Assembly (NCBI GenBank): GCA_001949185.1
Contig: BDGG01000003.1
Span: 712,115-776,114, forward strand
Reading direction: 5' to 3'
From: Ramazzottius varieornatus
Lineage: Eukaryota > Animalia > Tardigrada
DNA length: 64,000 nucleotides
Below the pieces are notes generated by a model. That model did no database searches. It saw only the letters and a program-made list of their open reading frames with translations, and was not told the origin of the DNA. Positions 37,856 to 52,257 of this stretch are shown in pieces (the stretch's first letter is position 1; every line of letters begins with the position of its first letter). Position numbers and translations under genes: made by a program.

Positions 37856-40800
37856 CTAAACACGGGACTTAGACAGAACGTTCTCAGCAAGGGTCCATAA
37901 ATCTTGAGCCAGTTCTTGTGGTCGTTCCATGGCCGGGAAGTGCCCGCCTGTTTCGTGCTTGACGATGTCGATGATTTGCGGGAAGTACGGCTTGACGAAG
38001 CTGTCAGGCGGAGTACCGGAGGGAATCTCCTTGCGGAAACTAGACAGCAAGGTCGGAGCCTCCACTTCGTAACGACTTCGGATGCTTCGGTCAGCGGCAA
38101 AGGCTTCTTTGTAAAGGCGTTGTGACGTCATGATGGAGCCGGAAACCCAGTAGACCATAACGTTGGTTAGCAGGTCGTCGAGGCTGAAGAACCCTTGCAG
38201 TCCACCGTCAGGCTTCTCAATATTCGCGTCGTCCGTCCAAGTCGAAAACTTCTCGAGAATGTAGGCTGCTAAACCAGCTGGGTCGTTAAGCAATGCAGCA
38301 CCTGAAGCGAGGAAACAACGGCTCAAATAAGGCAAAGTCGGAAATGAACAAAAGGAATTAAAATTAATGATGACGACTTTGGAAAAAAGAGACTTTGACG
38401 ACTTTGGCGATCAATCGAGAAACTGAACCGCGCCTTTCGGTTGATGACGGTATACTCTAATTGTCGATGTCATTGTGAGTTAGTCTTGCCCCTATATCGC
38501 TCACCGGCGGTATCGGGCTTTGTGGCGTGCAGGTGCATGTAACCGCTTTCGCGCATCAACCAGCCAAAGTGGTTCTTGAGAAGCTTGTGGTGTTCGGAAG
38601 GCTTGACGAACAAGGATGGTGCGAAGGAGGCCAAAAAATTCTTCAGGAGTACCATGGGGAGGGGAGCTGGGTACATCGTCAACGACAGACCGAGAACCCT
38701 TCAGAATCGGAAAAATCGTAAGGAACCAAAATCATAAACGAGCAAATGTGTCATACTTTTCTGGATACATCTGAGCGAGGGAATGACTAATAAGGCTTCC
38801 CCAATCACCTCCATGAACAAAGAAGCGCGGAAATTTCAGGCGAGCCATCAGTTTGCTGAAAATTCGAGCAATGTTTGCTGGATCCATCCCTGAAAAAATA
38901 AACAATGGTATTCGGAAGGACCGTCCACGATTTTTCGGGTTACCTAGTGCCTACCTGGCTTTTCTGCTGCGTCGGAAAATCCATAGCCTAGAATACAGAA
39001 CGTGATATACAAATTTATATATTTGTTCCAAGTTGAACCCGGAAGTCAGTTTGTCTCACCTGGAATCGATGGGATGACCAGCTCGAAAGCTACATTTTGG
39101 TTTCCCACTCGACGTGGTTTTGTTAGGAGAGGAATCAGCTTGTACAGTTCGAAGAAAGAGCCCGGCCAGCCATGGGTCAGGATGATAGGATAAGTCTTGA
39201 CATCTTTTCCGGCGTTCTCAGGCTTGACGTGCACGAAATGGAGGTTCAGGCCTTCGATATTTGTCTTGAAGTTGGGATAATTGTTGATCAGGGCTTCTTG
39301 TTTCTTCCAGTCAAACTTGGTCAGCCAGTAGTCCACAATCTAGAAAGGAAATTAAGTAAACCATTTTCGAGATATTTCCGAGATGAGTGCCGATTTTCCC
39401 GCCACCTGCATACACGAGACTGCCCACTCTCGGTACCAACGAGGGAACCTTCAGATCATGTCACTCGCCGATCACGATACAAATAATTTCACTTGATAGC
39501 TGAGACTCATGGCTCTCTAGAAATATCGGGAAAACCGGCGAATAACCATGCCCTGGATCCACAGAAATCCTCGAAGACATCGGTTTATTAACTGAAAATA
39601 TATGGAAACACCATGAACTAGTTCCAAAAATCAGGATTTCCGACTCCTTCGTATTCACAACGAAAAGAATCGATACAGGACGATAAGACAGACTCATATA
39701 AACCGGTTTTATAGTAAAAAATTTTCACACTTGTGATAGTCAGTCACAAAGCAGTCAAAACACAAATTGTCCTTACACCAGGAGCATCTGACGAACTGTG
39801 TTTTGCGAGATTCGCATTGCGAGATTCGCAACGATCACAACAGAGTGCGCTTTTCGGGAAAGCAAACTCGGCGGAATCCGGCAACACATCGGGCTTTTCG
39901 TCGGAGTACCCGGACTTGTAGAAGGAATACTTCCACAGATTAGTGTAACGCAGACCAGTAAACTGTCTAAAAATTAGCGACTGGAGCATTATACATTTTT
40001 CTCTATGAAATAACTCAAAGTCAATCATGTCAATCAGGACTCTTTCGGAGCACATCCGGAAGTAGTTTCTCCAAGGCCGGTAGCCGTAGACGTCGAGCGT
40101 CTGGACGAGACCAGTCGTTTTTGGAGGAATAGTGAGCAACTCGACTTTGTGCTGCATGTTTTGCAATAACTGCCGATCTTTGTACGTTGAGAACGAATCG
40201 ACCAGCAACACACTATCCTCGTCGACGTGCTCCCCGTACACTCTCTCGAAAAATTCGCGCAGTAGCTCCTTCGTAACTTTTCCGGATGACGAAGCTGTAA
40301 CGTATATGTTACCACACTTCCTTGTGACACTTTCTGCTTTCTTCGCGACGATAGGTCCGAACTTCCCGCCTGACTCTTGCATTACCATGAACAATACAGG
40401 TACCTTCCATTCTCCACTCATGGAAACCACTGGCTGTATCGTATAGGAATGGGTGGTAGATTTAATCGACTGGACAACATTTTCAACATTCTTCGCGCCT
40501 ACGAGAAACAAAACCACCGATTTTTTAAACATCAGTTTTCATGGTCAGAGATGGTAGCTAATCTCTGTTGTATAAACAATTTATCTTTATCAAATTATCT
40601 ATCAATTTATCTATCTGTAATGCAAAGTGCGTCTTCTGTACATTTCGTAGTTGAAGCCGCTCTGGTCTATTTTGAAGACGTATGATGGGTCAGCTGCGAG
40701 GGTTATCAGCTTCGCTTCTGCTAGAAATTCAGTAGCTGTCTGGTCGATATCAGCGAGCTCGTTCGTGTAATTTCGGGAAACAAATTTCGTTACTTTCACG

Positions 40801-42419
40801 AAATCCAATCTTGAAGAGCTTCTTCCACCTGCACACCCAACTATCAGATCGACAAAACCATCCAGCTCAACTTCTGCATTCATCCGACGAATATCTCCAT
40901 CGCGCACAATCATTCTTCGTTCTTTCATTTCATCATACTTTCGCTTCACACGCATCCAGATTTGGATCAGCTTCTCACTGCGACTTCCACACTGCTCTAT
41001 CTGGTCTTTTCATCAATGAAGCGTTCTTACATCAGGAACACGCTTGAACTTGCTCTGAAAGCACGACAGCTTGCGCTCCTTTCCTTTCTCTGATATCCAG
41101 AACTGAACGGCTCGCTGCCTGTACGAAAACTCAACGGTTTCTAACCGAGTCTTCTTTGGGGAATTGTCTGGATCATACATCGATCTACAGGAAGCTGACT
41201 GGAGGTTTCCTCCGCGCGCAGCTCCAATTCGTCTTCCGCCATCTCGCGTATCTGGTCCAAAGTCACCTCCGTTGTGTCGTCACCGTCCTCGTATTCCGAA
41301 TAGATCTCTTCGGTAATGACATCTTCAGACGTTAGAGCAGCAGTTCTGATTAGTTCTGAAACACCAAAATGGCCGTCGAAGCGTACTTCGAGAAGCCAGC
41401 AGCAGGATAAATCCGAGGGTTGGTCATACATTCAATAACGTCCACCAGCTTAACTTCCGCTTGCGTCGCACTTGATATCGTCGTAAAGTTCTGAAGTCGA
41501 TCTTCCAACAGATTCAGGATACTGCGAGGATCAACAGACATTGCTGCGTTACAAAGAATGCTACAGAGGATGTTTCTGTCAGACCGGAAACCGGAGGTCG
41601 ATCTGACCGTTGGTTAACAAATTTCGTTTACTGTTTTTGCGATGACATACCATGCATGACCTGGACATGACATGGCATGTGAGTCATGTTAGCATAAATT
41701 GTGTCTTGATTGATGAATAACTTGATTGATTGGCGTTTACTGTACGCAGTCTCATACTTTCAATTCTATCTCGGCAATGTCGACTGCCACGCATTGGAGA
41801 ATTTTTGTGGAGCCCCGGCATGGTTATTCGCCATTCTTCCCGATATTTGTAGAGAGCCATGAGTCTCAGCTATCACGTGAAATCATTTCTATCGTGATCG
41901 GCCAGTGACATGGTCTGAAGGTTCCCTCGTAAGTTAAGTCTGTATGCGGGTAACTTAGGTGCTGATACGACACTCACCTGCATACGGACTTGTTGTCGCA
42001 TTATCCGCATACGCAAGGCTCGGTGTATGTAGGTTCATAGATCAGAACAATAATATTTATCCTACCTTCTTCAGCTGATCACCAGGAAATCCGTAAGAAA
42101 AGTTCTGGCCTTGTATAGATTTGCCGTACTTCGTCTTGCTCAGTCGATCCCTCAAGTCATCCAAAACTTCTACGGAAACATTCAGCATCCATGGCACAAC
42201 TGCATCACTGACGGATGCTGATTTTCCCACCGTCCAGGCTTTCTCTTCGTACGGAAAGACACTAGATTTATCCGGCAGGGGAGACAGGACTTTCCAGAAG
42301 TAGTCCGGACTGTAGAGTACGACGCCGAACAGAATCGTGCTGATGGTAAAGAAGAAGAAGAGGAACGGCTTGAGGAAGCCACCGCTGTTAGCCCGGTTTG
42401 CTTCCGCTTTCTGCGCCAT
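37856..42419 (-). CDS. EPHX1: Microsomal epoxide hydrolase (EPHX1/JHEH family), ~479 aa, 6 exons
   Basis: Exons 42419-42066, 39339-39060, 38987-38955, 38889-38757, 38698-38505 and 38301-37856. N-terminal TM, HGWPGS, PSIPGYGFS, GGDWG, GYMHLHATKPDT, GGHFPAME. Confidence 0.95.
39440..41929 (-). mobile_element. Tc4/Tc5-like DDE transposon in EPHX1 intron 1, transposase decayed
   Basis: ~135-bp TIRs begin CGAGGGAACC, with flanks CAA and TAA. Transposase motifs IDQSGFNYE, THSYTIQP, LLVDSF and IPPKTTGLVQTLDVYG lie in broken ORFs 39744-41541. Confidence 0.88.
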
Positions 42420-43098
42420 GATCGATCAGCTGCGTCTCCTTAGGACAAAAGTAATAAATAAGCTGTCAGTGACAGAGAGTAGCTCCGGAGGTAAGAGAAG
42501 GCATGGTAAGTACGAGTGGGGATGGCTGGAGGAAATCAAAGGTTGCTTATCAGTCTGTATCAACAGGTTGTGTTGTTGATAACTGATAAGGACGAAGAAG
42601 CCGGTCTCCGAGAGTAACGAAGCGGGTGACAGACAAGTCGTTATCTAGGCTGCAAAGGGGCGGAACTAGGGGCAATCTTGTGCCTCGAAAAGCTTGAAGA
42701 GATCATCCGGAGAAGTTGCATCCGGTGAAAGCAGGAAGATCGAACAGCCGAAGAAAAAAGAACGGTAGAGTTGGTTAACCGCAATCAGCTGATGTGATAC
42801 AACGAAGGGATCAGCAGCTTACCTGTGTTCACGTGGTGTTTCTTGTCTTTGATTACCGTTATGAGTCACGTGACTACGGGTACGCCGCTGATTTCTTCAT
42901 CGTAGAAATTAGAATAAATGGGTGCCAGGTGATTGTGTACTGCTCAACTGTACATTGCTCCTAAACCTAGTAATTCTCGACCCGGCTCCTGGCTGCAGCA
43001 CATCGCGCTTTTCTCGCCTTAAGTTTTTTCAAAAACTAGAACCTTTGCGACGTATCCCTCATCAGTCTATCGTTAATGGTTAGAAACAAGATGGAAAT

Positions 43099-43456
43099 GG
43101 CTAAAGGCACCCCTATTTAATTGATTCATTAGGAAACCGCTAACCCGGCAAATGGCTATCGACACCCCAAGCTTTACTGAGAGGCAGAAATCATGTTCCT
43201 ATGATGAGATCAAGCGCTCCATCCCACAATGGGCTTATTGGTAAGCACGCTATTAAGCCTAACACGAACTGCGACAGCTTCATCTGCTTTAATGATAAGC
43301 TGAGGTTTCTCTATCGTCCACTCGTTTTTCGGCCACGGCGTTGGTCGCATGTCGAGTACGTTCCGGTTGCAATTGCACCAAAAATAGGGGTGTCCGTAGT
43401 AAAATACCATTAGAGGGATGGTCGAATTAGTGAATTATACCGGGGTGCCTATAGCC
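43099..43456. mobile_element. MITE-like element
   Basis: GGCTAAAGGCACCCC paired with GGGGTGCCTATAGCC, plus subterminal copies of the motif. The TSD is unclear. Confidence 0.6.
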
Positions 43457-45860
43457 AAACGGGGTTTCAAGGGGTGCCTGTAGCATCACCCAAAAAAGAT
43501 AGACCCAGGTACAATATTGCTTACAACGATGAACAAAAAACGTGCTGAGTCAGTAAATCTTTATTATACTGTAAGTATTCGCTGCATCCGCGCAATATGT
43601 ACGCGTACGTGACGATACACACGCGTAGGGGGTTGTGCATTCCGTGAAACCGGACCGAAGCTGTACTTCACGTGTACGAGAACGTACTGCGCAGATGCTG
43701 CGAATATTCCCGGCACTTTTCTGGAAAAAGCGATTATCGCTTCTTCATTAGACAGTTCCTTAACCGGCGAACAACAGTTCCTCGAGCTCATTCAAATGAC
43801 GTACGGGGTGGTTCCTACTCTCCTACTAATTGTCACGAAACCCTATCTTAACTCACTCTCCAGGGTACTGCGCATAACCGACCTATGATACACCGTTCGA
43901 TGGAGAAAACATCGTTCTATCTACGGACCAGTTTCAAAATGCAAAAGTTTGATCAGCTGACTTTCTGATGCTAAAACTAGAAGATGGTCTTCACTCAGCT
44001 TACTTCTGGCATCTTCCGTTCCGCATGTTCTGGAAAGCTGCTTGCGAGATTCTTTCCAGCTTGCCTGATGGGTATGACCAAACACCTGCCTACCGTGCAC
44101 GACTAAAGTTGGCTTAAATTTAACTGATGGTAGAGAAACAAAATTATAGCCTATGCCAGGTGGAAAAGGATCTTTTCGCGGTTAATAAAGTTTTCTTTTT
44201 TCCATTGCCCCTTCCGAATCTCACGCAAAAGACGTCAGTAATCTCCCAGTAGAGAAGCGTCCGGTACCTGCACCGGTACTGTTCTTAGTGATGACTGTTC
44301 TTAGTGATGGATGAACGATTACTTGCTCTTTGTTTCCAGGAGGGCCTTGAGGATTCGTTGTGATCACAAGACTTCCGCCACTACAAATTAAGGTTGAGGC
44401 TTTCTAAGAAAGAATGAGTTCATTCCAATTTGGACTTTCATATCTCGGAAACTAGCCAACTCACTTGCTAAAAACCTATCAGCGGAATCGGAGAAACAGC
44501 TTTGTTGAAAAACGGAAATTTTTCCGCCAAGATTGCCATTTTGCGAAATAATGCCGAAAAGAAGTATTATTAAGCCGACTACTTTTGAAATCATCCTCTC
44601 CTTCATGGAGAACAAATATTTCAACCGACTGTTTACTCACTACGACACCATTGTCTGGCCTATTGACTGTAACCAAAGCGCAAGTCATTCGTACATCCTG
44701 GATGTAGTGGTAGAGCTAAAATTTGGTGAAAATTAGGCGGTGCCACTCGTTATTTCACGGTTGAGCATATCGCCAGACAGTCTGTTTCGGTCGTTTTCTG
44801 TCTCAGTGGTATTACAGTACAGTCAGGTATCAGATTTGCTTCAGAAAATAACAACCTTTCCGAGCGATAGTCTGAGGCTGAGTTATCTGAGACGAAACTC
44901 GGGAATCGTCAGTTCAATCTTTAATGAAAGTGGACGGGGTTTCGCGACTGAAACGGGGTGATTTCCCCCTTACGTGATAGATATGTCTCTTGACGTACTA
45001 TAAAGAGCAGGAAGTGATGCTATAAGCCCCTTAAGAAAATGCGGAAAGCGTGAAGCCATTGTCAACCCCGTATAGCAACACTAAGTTCTTGGGGTGTCTA
45101 CTTGTCGTTGTATCGTGGGTAGCATGGAGTCACCGGCGAAAAAAACCGGATGTGTAGATCGGCGTCTGATCTTCTTGACCGTTCTCTCGTGAGAGTCCCT
45201 GATCCTTTCCGCCACCAAATGACCACTATGATAGGCGATTGAGGCGAATATGTGCATAGAATGGATCTCGAGACCGAAAGCGCACTCGCACACTCCCAAC
45301 CCGCAACGGCCAGAAGTACAGAATTCGTGAAACGAAACTAAGTCGACTGATTGCTCGACGCCGATGCAGTCCGTATCTTCTCCCGTGTATAAAGCCGCAG
45401 CTGCGGTAACTGTAGCAACTATGTACTCTGTTATGTAACTATCATACGATGGTCGAGTTAGAAAAGATATGGCAGTGAGAAATACGTACGACCGGTGCAA
45501 AGGTCAGACGGTACCGGAAAAATTGTTTTGGAATCCAGAGCCGAAAATTCCCAACACACTGTGCTATTGCTCGGTTAGAACGTCAATCAATGAAAGAAAT
45601 TGGTACATGTTTCTAAGTAACACACGGAACGAACAGTCAGTCGCTACGCAGAGCGCGCATAATGAGACACGTACGGCAGTACTGAAAAAGTAGCTAATGT
45701 GCCTTTTACTGATCCTCCCGCTCCATTAGGATCTTCCGTGCTCAAAAGTTTGAACTACCACAACGCTAGCTGATTTTCATGGACACCTTGTAGTATCGAT
45801 AAGCTTCTGTGCTGGGAAGAGCTCTGCTGATCTTACATATTTGGGTACTTTGGGAGCACT

Positions 45861-48800
45861 ATGCACGTACTCTTTACCAACTGGGCATGGCCATCCTCCC
45901 TACTTCGGATTAAACTTTGTGCGCTTTGCTGTGTCCAGTATTTGGAATTCGCTGCAGGTAAGTCGTGTTCCGCACTTGGAAATAACCTGATGTTTGGTCA
46001 TACTTGCTAAAAGATTAAGACAGACCAGGCTGACGACTACTTGTCATGCTATCGATATATCCCATTCTTAGAACAGGGCAACATCTTTACATTCCTCTCT
46101 GCTCACAGGTTTAGGGGTCAGAAGTTGTGTTACTTGCCAGTCCTACGTGGGCGAAGTCGTGCTGGACCAGGCTTACCAATATGACCCTAAGTGTATGTCT
46201 ACCAACGCTACAATTATTAACAGTTTCAAACAGCCCTGCGAAAAACAAGGGTATATTCAAACGAGAGAACATAGGATGCCAGACACGGTACCACCTGGAC
46301 AAGGACATGAAGACAGGTAATTTCAAAACCACCAGATCGCGCCAACGTGACAAATTTAAACATAATAATGCATGTCATTGTCTTTGATAATGTGATGATT
46401 TGGTGGAAAAAACCGAAGGATAGTACACGGATTTGACCTAATTACTGGCCGATTAACGTTGACAGTTATTGGCCACCCGTTTATTTCGGCGATCAGTGAC
46501 TCGACTGATTCGACTGTTCACACAGCTTACGAATCTGTAAGGTCCACCATAGCAAGATGAAACCGAAACAGTCGAGTCTTCTGCCGTAGTTGGCACATAA
46601 AGCAGGTGGCCAAAAATTCGAAATCGGACAATAATTATGTCGGATGTGTGCATCGTATCCGATAATCTTTCCGTAGGTGTATGATAGCATTAGTACACCT
46701 ATCCTACTTATCTTTCACCGAAGTAGTCACCAATGGGCTGACTGGACTGAATACAGTCCACTCGTTCGAAATCCTTACACGCACGGCGGGAAATTATGGG
46801 GCCAGGCCTTTTCGCTACGGCGGTACGGAAGCACGTACGTACGTGACCGATCCACTTTTGGAAACTTTTCTACGTTTGAATTTCCGTTTTGCTGTCTTTT
46901 CCGTCTGGTCCCATAATTTTTACTGGCCCCGTAATTTCCCGTCCTGCGTGTACACTATTCTTCAATTCCAAATTGGCAGGGCCGACGCGCCCTATATCGA
47001 ATGGATCAAACTTTTACTTATGGGACGATCATGGTGTCGAAACATAAAAATACTTTGATTTGACTGTTGGGATGCGTTGTCACCACTATACTACACATCT
47101 TTCATTAGTCGCAGCAGTAATCGGAAATCTATACAACGGTGTAAGCTAGTTTGTACAAGGTCTGAGGGCTGCTTGTGAGCATAACAATGCCGGGGCCATT
47201 TGTATGTAGTTGGTCAACGGAGATGGGCAACCCACCAAAGAACAAGATATGCAGGACGCATTGCACTTGCTCGAAATAAATGTGTTTCCTGCAGCCTGTC
47301 CCTGACTCAGTTTTCGGTCAAGGCTTTGCTTCGCATAGATGCCTGTTCAAGCGAAAGAATATCAAACTGTTTAACGGGATTCATACGGGAGTGGCCCGAA
47401 GCGGGTGAGAAATCTCCAAATGGTTTTCGTGAATCATTGGAATGATCCATACTCCAAGACAATGAGAGGGTGGAATGGTCTCACAAAAACATTTCAGCTT
47501 GCTGCCGTTACTGCGCGTTGGGTTTTACGGTTGGGGTACCCATGATCAAGAAAGTGGGTGAGTTTGTCAAAATTTCAATCACCAATTTCTACCAGGCTCC
47601 CGAGTACGCAGTCAAGCATGCTAACCGACATTATCATATCCAAGCGGAAGCAAATACTCTTGCATTCAAAGAGACCAACATATTACCGCTTAATCCTAAG
47701 GAAAGTTACAAGGTTTCCGTTTTGAGTTCGTTATCAAAAATCGTCGAACTTCTATCCAGACAGGAAATTACTTTCCGCGGTACCAAAAGCAAGTTGGAAA
47801 GTAAGGAAATGAATATCAGTACGGGTCACGAGCTGTTCAATGTTGATGAATGGAGGTTCAGCAACTTTGGAGCAATTTATTTGTTCCGATTGGACTCTGG
47901 CGACCTGGAAGTTCGTGATAACGTCAAGCAAGAACCTGCCAAGCCACGTTACTATTCTTCCGACGTCCGAAACAAACTTATTGCTCTTCAGTGCAGCTGC
48001 GTACGGAAACAAATTCTGGTAGACGTATATAGCAAGAGCTCATGCTGCTCATCAGCCCGACGAATTTCAGGTATCGTTTTTGACTTTCTGTCCTTACTTT
48101 ACAGGTCAAACAGAGCAAATATTTCTCAATAATCGCTGGCGGGACGATGGATTTTTCCAAAATAGATCAAATATCCATTACTATTCGGTACCTCCACGGC
48201 GTCAGAAGAAAGTAGTCCTTCATCGAGTTTGTGGATGTGTACAATAGCACAACGGGTAAGGAGCGCCCTTGCACTAGTATTCATCTTAATTGAGCCAGCA
48301 TGATCTGATTTTCTCCATTGTCTCTAACTGTAGGGAAGACACTGGCAGCAAAAAATTATGGACAGACTCACCTATTACGAACTCGACCCACAAATTCGTC
48401 AAGGCCAAGGTTTCGACGGCGCGGCAAGCATGTGGGGTCGCATCAAAAGAGTTCGAGCTGAGATTACCAAGGTCCAGCCAAAAGCAATCTACACTCACTG
48501 CTATGCGCACTCGGTCAACCTTGTGATTGGAAACGCGGTGGAGATGGGGTGGATCCACAAATTCTACGGTGAGGTCAACAAGATCAAGGAGTACTTTGGT
48601 ACACCGAAGCGCGGAACTCTTCTTCTGGAGACTTTCGGCTGCCCTAGAGGTACCAAAGTACCATCAACCGTCTGCGATACAAGGTGGAATTATGCTGATG
48701 TCACGAGCGCTGCTTTCGGTTCCTACTCTTATCTGGTGGATGGTCTAGAGGCCCTGGGAAGCAACGGCAACTTTGATCTTGATAGCCGAAACGGCGCAAA

Positions 48801-50684
48801 TGCACTTCGCGAAATGATGCTATAGTCGATCGAAATTTGAGCACGCAATTCACTATTATAACCAAACTATTCATGATTTACGCTGAGGTACCAATAACAT
48901 CCGCTACTGCTCAAAGAAGCTTTTCAGTGCTGAGACGGGAAAAAACATGGCTCGGGACGTCCATGAAAAACGAACGGTTGCCCGACTTAACTGTCGTTGA
49001 CGTTCACAAAGACATCGTCGTCCCACACAGTGAGATAACGGAAAGATACATTTCTGACACGGATTTCGGTGCTGCAATCCCTCCTTTTTCACCCACCACG
49101 ATCGTTAATCCGGCCGATATGGAGATCGACGAGGGCGAAGACGAAACGGAAGAAAGCGATACTTGCGAGGATTTAGACGACGGCGACGATATGGAGTTCG
49201 TCGCAGGTGATGACTAGCTCCTCCTCACCTAACCTTGTTAATATTTTCGCACTTTTACTTATGCTTACTGATATTGTGTGTGTTGTCGACGAATAATTTC
49301 TGAACATCGGTTGAGTACGGTAGGCCAAAAAAGATTGCTTTCGGTCGGCGTGGTCTCGTAATCTTAGCCTTTATCATACAGTTTTCACTTACTTATTAAC
49401 CGAAACTTTTGCCCTTTTCTTGTTAAGAGCGAACGACACCGCTGCATTTTGATAGTTATCGAACGAAAATGTTCGACGTGATGATACGGACTTAACCTTT
49501 TTCTAGCATGCGTCGACTGGTCAGCATCCGGAACCAGCTTTCGGAGTCCGAAGATCACTTTCTGACGAAAGTGTTGTGGCACCGGTACAGTTTTATGGCT
49601 CCACTGTTATTCATCAATCAAATCAAAATATTTCATGTTTCGACACCATGACCGTCCCATAAGCGAGAGTTTGATCCATTCGATATAGGGCGCGTCGGCC
49701 CTGCAAATCGGCAAAATCACCATAAACACAGGCTGGCTCGCTATGATGTTTCTAACTGTTTGTTCGTTCGAACGCAACAATAGAAGCAACTTGTTGCAGC
49801 CACTTTTCGCTCTTCGAAAAACAGAAACAAGTTCCAGGATCTCGAATACATAGAAATCTTTAACAGTGCTGCATTCGGTCTAATGGATTGTAAAGGCAAG
49901 GGTAGCAGCCGACAGTTTAATTTGCAAAACTGCTTTCGGAAAGCTGACGCGTTCCCTGTGGCACAAAACAATTGATAGATTTTCGATGAAAACTGATTGT
50001 CTTTGGCAAGCTTTGTTTTTGGCAAGCTATACGGTTGATGTTTGACAGATGGCAAACAGAACTAGAAGAACACTGTAAGGATCTCGAGCGAGTGGACTGT
50101 ATTGGTGATGAAGTTCGGCTTTTTCAGTTTCAGCCTGTGTCGAACAATCAAAGTTTTGAAGAAACAGTAAAACCTGCCGTGTTTTCTCTATAGTCATAGA
50201 TGTAGCTCGTGGATGCATGTTTTATACAGACAACACGTTCACGAAGGATGAAGGTATGAGCCTTATCCAAGCACAAACGCCGGTAGGAACTTGTTGGTTC
50301 AGGCCCCCTTTTAATGCCCACGCCTGTGTCTGTACCGACCGCGACAATTGTAACGTTTATCCGTCAATCGGTAAAGACAGCAAAGGCCATCTTGTTCCAT
50401 CTGTCAAACCCCCCGACGCAAACGGCAATATAATACCTGGATCCGGAGCTGCGGATGTCAGAGATCCAGTCCAGGCGGAGGTCTCAAACAATAATGGCAA
50501 CAACAATAACGCCGAAGGGGAGGAAACTTCATCCAATGCCACTCTCGCCGACCTCGGTACCGTTGGGAATCATAGTAGCCCGGATGGTGCGACCAAGCAC
50601 TCCAGCGGTGGAACCTACTTGTTCACGGTTCTCGTTGTGACAGCTAAGTTTCATTTCGATTTTCCTGCGATTTCGTTGCTGTAG
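45861..50684 (+). CDS. Ly6/uPAR three-finger (quiver/sleepless-like) GPI-anchored protein, ~317 aa, 4 exons
   Basis: Exons 45861-45957, 46109-46316, 46677-46834 and 50194-50684 are in frame. Signal-like N-terminus, 10 Cys (SCVTC..C..C..C..RGC..C..CVC..NCN), Asn/Ser/Thr stalk and hydrophobic tail. Confidence 0.8.
46977..49703 (+). mobile_element. hAT transposon (ZMYM1/PRKRIR-like transposase, decayed) in intron 3 of the Ly6 gene
   Basis: ~85-bp TIRs CAGGGCCGACGCGCCC; TSD CAAATTGG/CAAATCGG. Motifs GQGFDGAASM, HCYAHSVNL, TRW, PITSATAQRSFS..NERL. Contains stops and frameshifts. Confidence 0.95.
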
Positions 50685-52257
50685 GCCTTTGATTTCGGTA
50701 GTTGCATTGCCTGCATTTCTCAAGGTTTGCCGTGCTATGCCGAGTGCAGAACGCGTGTTAACGCGCATGTCGCCATCATTAATTTTCTCTGATCTAATTT
50801 GGTGTTTAGGGCATGTATTTGGAAAACCATTCAAGAGTATCTGTTGAATAAAGTCTTCGCTGCAGGTAATCACGAATTGCCCATTGTAAGAAACGAGATC
50901 CCGACAAAAGAGGATCTCGCCGTTGATCTTACCCCGCTCATCCAGTATTATGGCCTCTGTCGGATTGAATGCGCTCACTCCGAATCTACCGAGCTGCAGA
51001 GGGCGTCAGATATATAATGTTGCTGCTTTACCAATTCATGCATACCAAGACAGTATGCTACCGTATCACAGCGATGCCCACCACGGTTAAACTTCTGGAA
51101 TCTTGAATTTATAGTCAATTAGAAAGCGGCGGACAGTTTGAAACGACCCGATGACTCATATACATCATCAATCAATATACCATTTGCTCGCGCCGATGAA
51201 TTAAAGGTTACTACAGTCAGCTCGTTTGGAACCGATACAAAAGTTTTCGGTTTCGATTTGAGGCTGACGAACATTCACCGCAAGGCCTGCCAAGCTGAAG
51301 GCGAAAATTACATAAGACATCCGTTTTACTATGTTACGACTGCGTAATCAAGTAATCAAGTGACAGGTATTGGCTGCGTGGGCGTGGCGAGCGATGTTGT
51401 TAACTTCGAACGATTTCTGTAATTCGAACTTGGAAAGTTTTGTACGGACTTCGAACGCGCTGGCTCGTTCTGGTTTCCCGTCCGCATACAGAACTGTCGC
51501 TCTAGACTTCCCTCGGAATATCGACGCGTCGTTCGCAGTTATACAGTTCAAGTTTGTCCCCACAACATAGAATGAAAGAGGTACCTACGTTTACCGCTGT
51601 TGTCCATGTGTTTGATAAAATCATACCGAAAACTGATTTTATTCTTATGCGCTAGCTCATTCACGATAGCCTTGAAATCAACCACTGTACGAAAGCACGT
51701 TACTAAAACAGTCAGCGAGCGGATGCGTGAAGCAGGCGCGGAACATGGGGGTACCGTGTCCAGACGTGTTACTATTGCGGTCTAAGGGTAGCAAATTTCC
51801 ACTGTCTCTTTCCGAGCTGGACCGACTGACACAAGGCAGCTCCAAGTAAGCAGGCTGTCAGCACGCAGATTTCGGTCTGGGACAGACGACTGGCTACTGC
51901 AGTGCTGCACGGGCTGCGTGTTGGTATTGGCAGCATGTGGTTAGCCTAGCTACTAGTTCTACCTCTTCCCTGGACAAAAAAGTACTCAGACGACAAGAAA
52001 ATGTGCGGATTTCGAAGCAAGAACCAGTCGGACTCACGCCGTAGATTCCGAACGACTGAGAGAAGCAGATCGTCCTATCATCGTTCTAATAAGTTCTCAA
52101 AGCTTGGACTTACAAAATGCTGTAGTACCGTGGTCCGTGAAGACAAAAGGTTGATGTCTGGAGCGAACTCGCTGAACGATCGATAACGGTACCGCGAAGG
52201 TTTAAATGACAGTTCTTCTTTGAGCAATATCGAAAGGCTGCTCTGTACTATTGAGCC

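Noticed and set aside
45081-45500. 139-aa minus-strand ORF
   Set aside because: No recognisable motif, non-ATG start, and it lies in the Ly6 gene upstream region.
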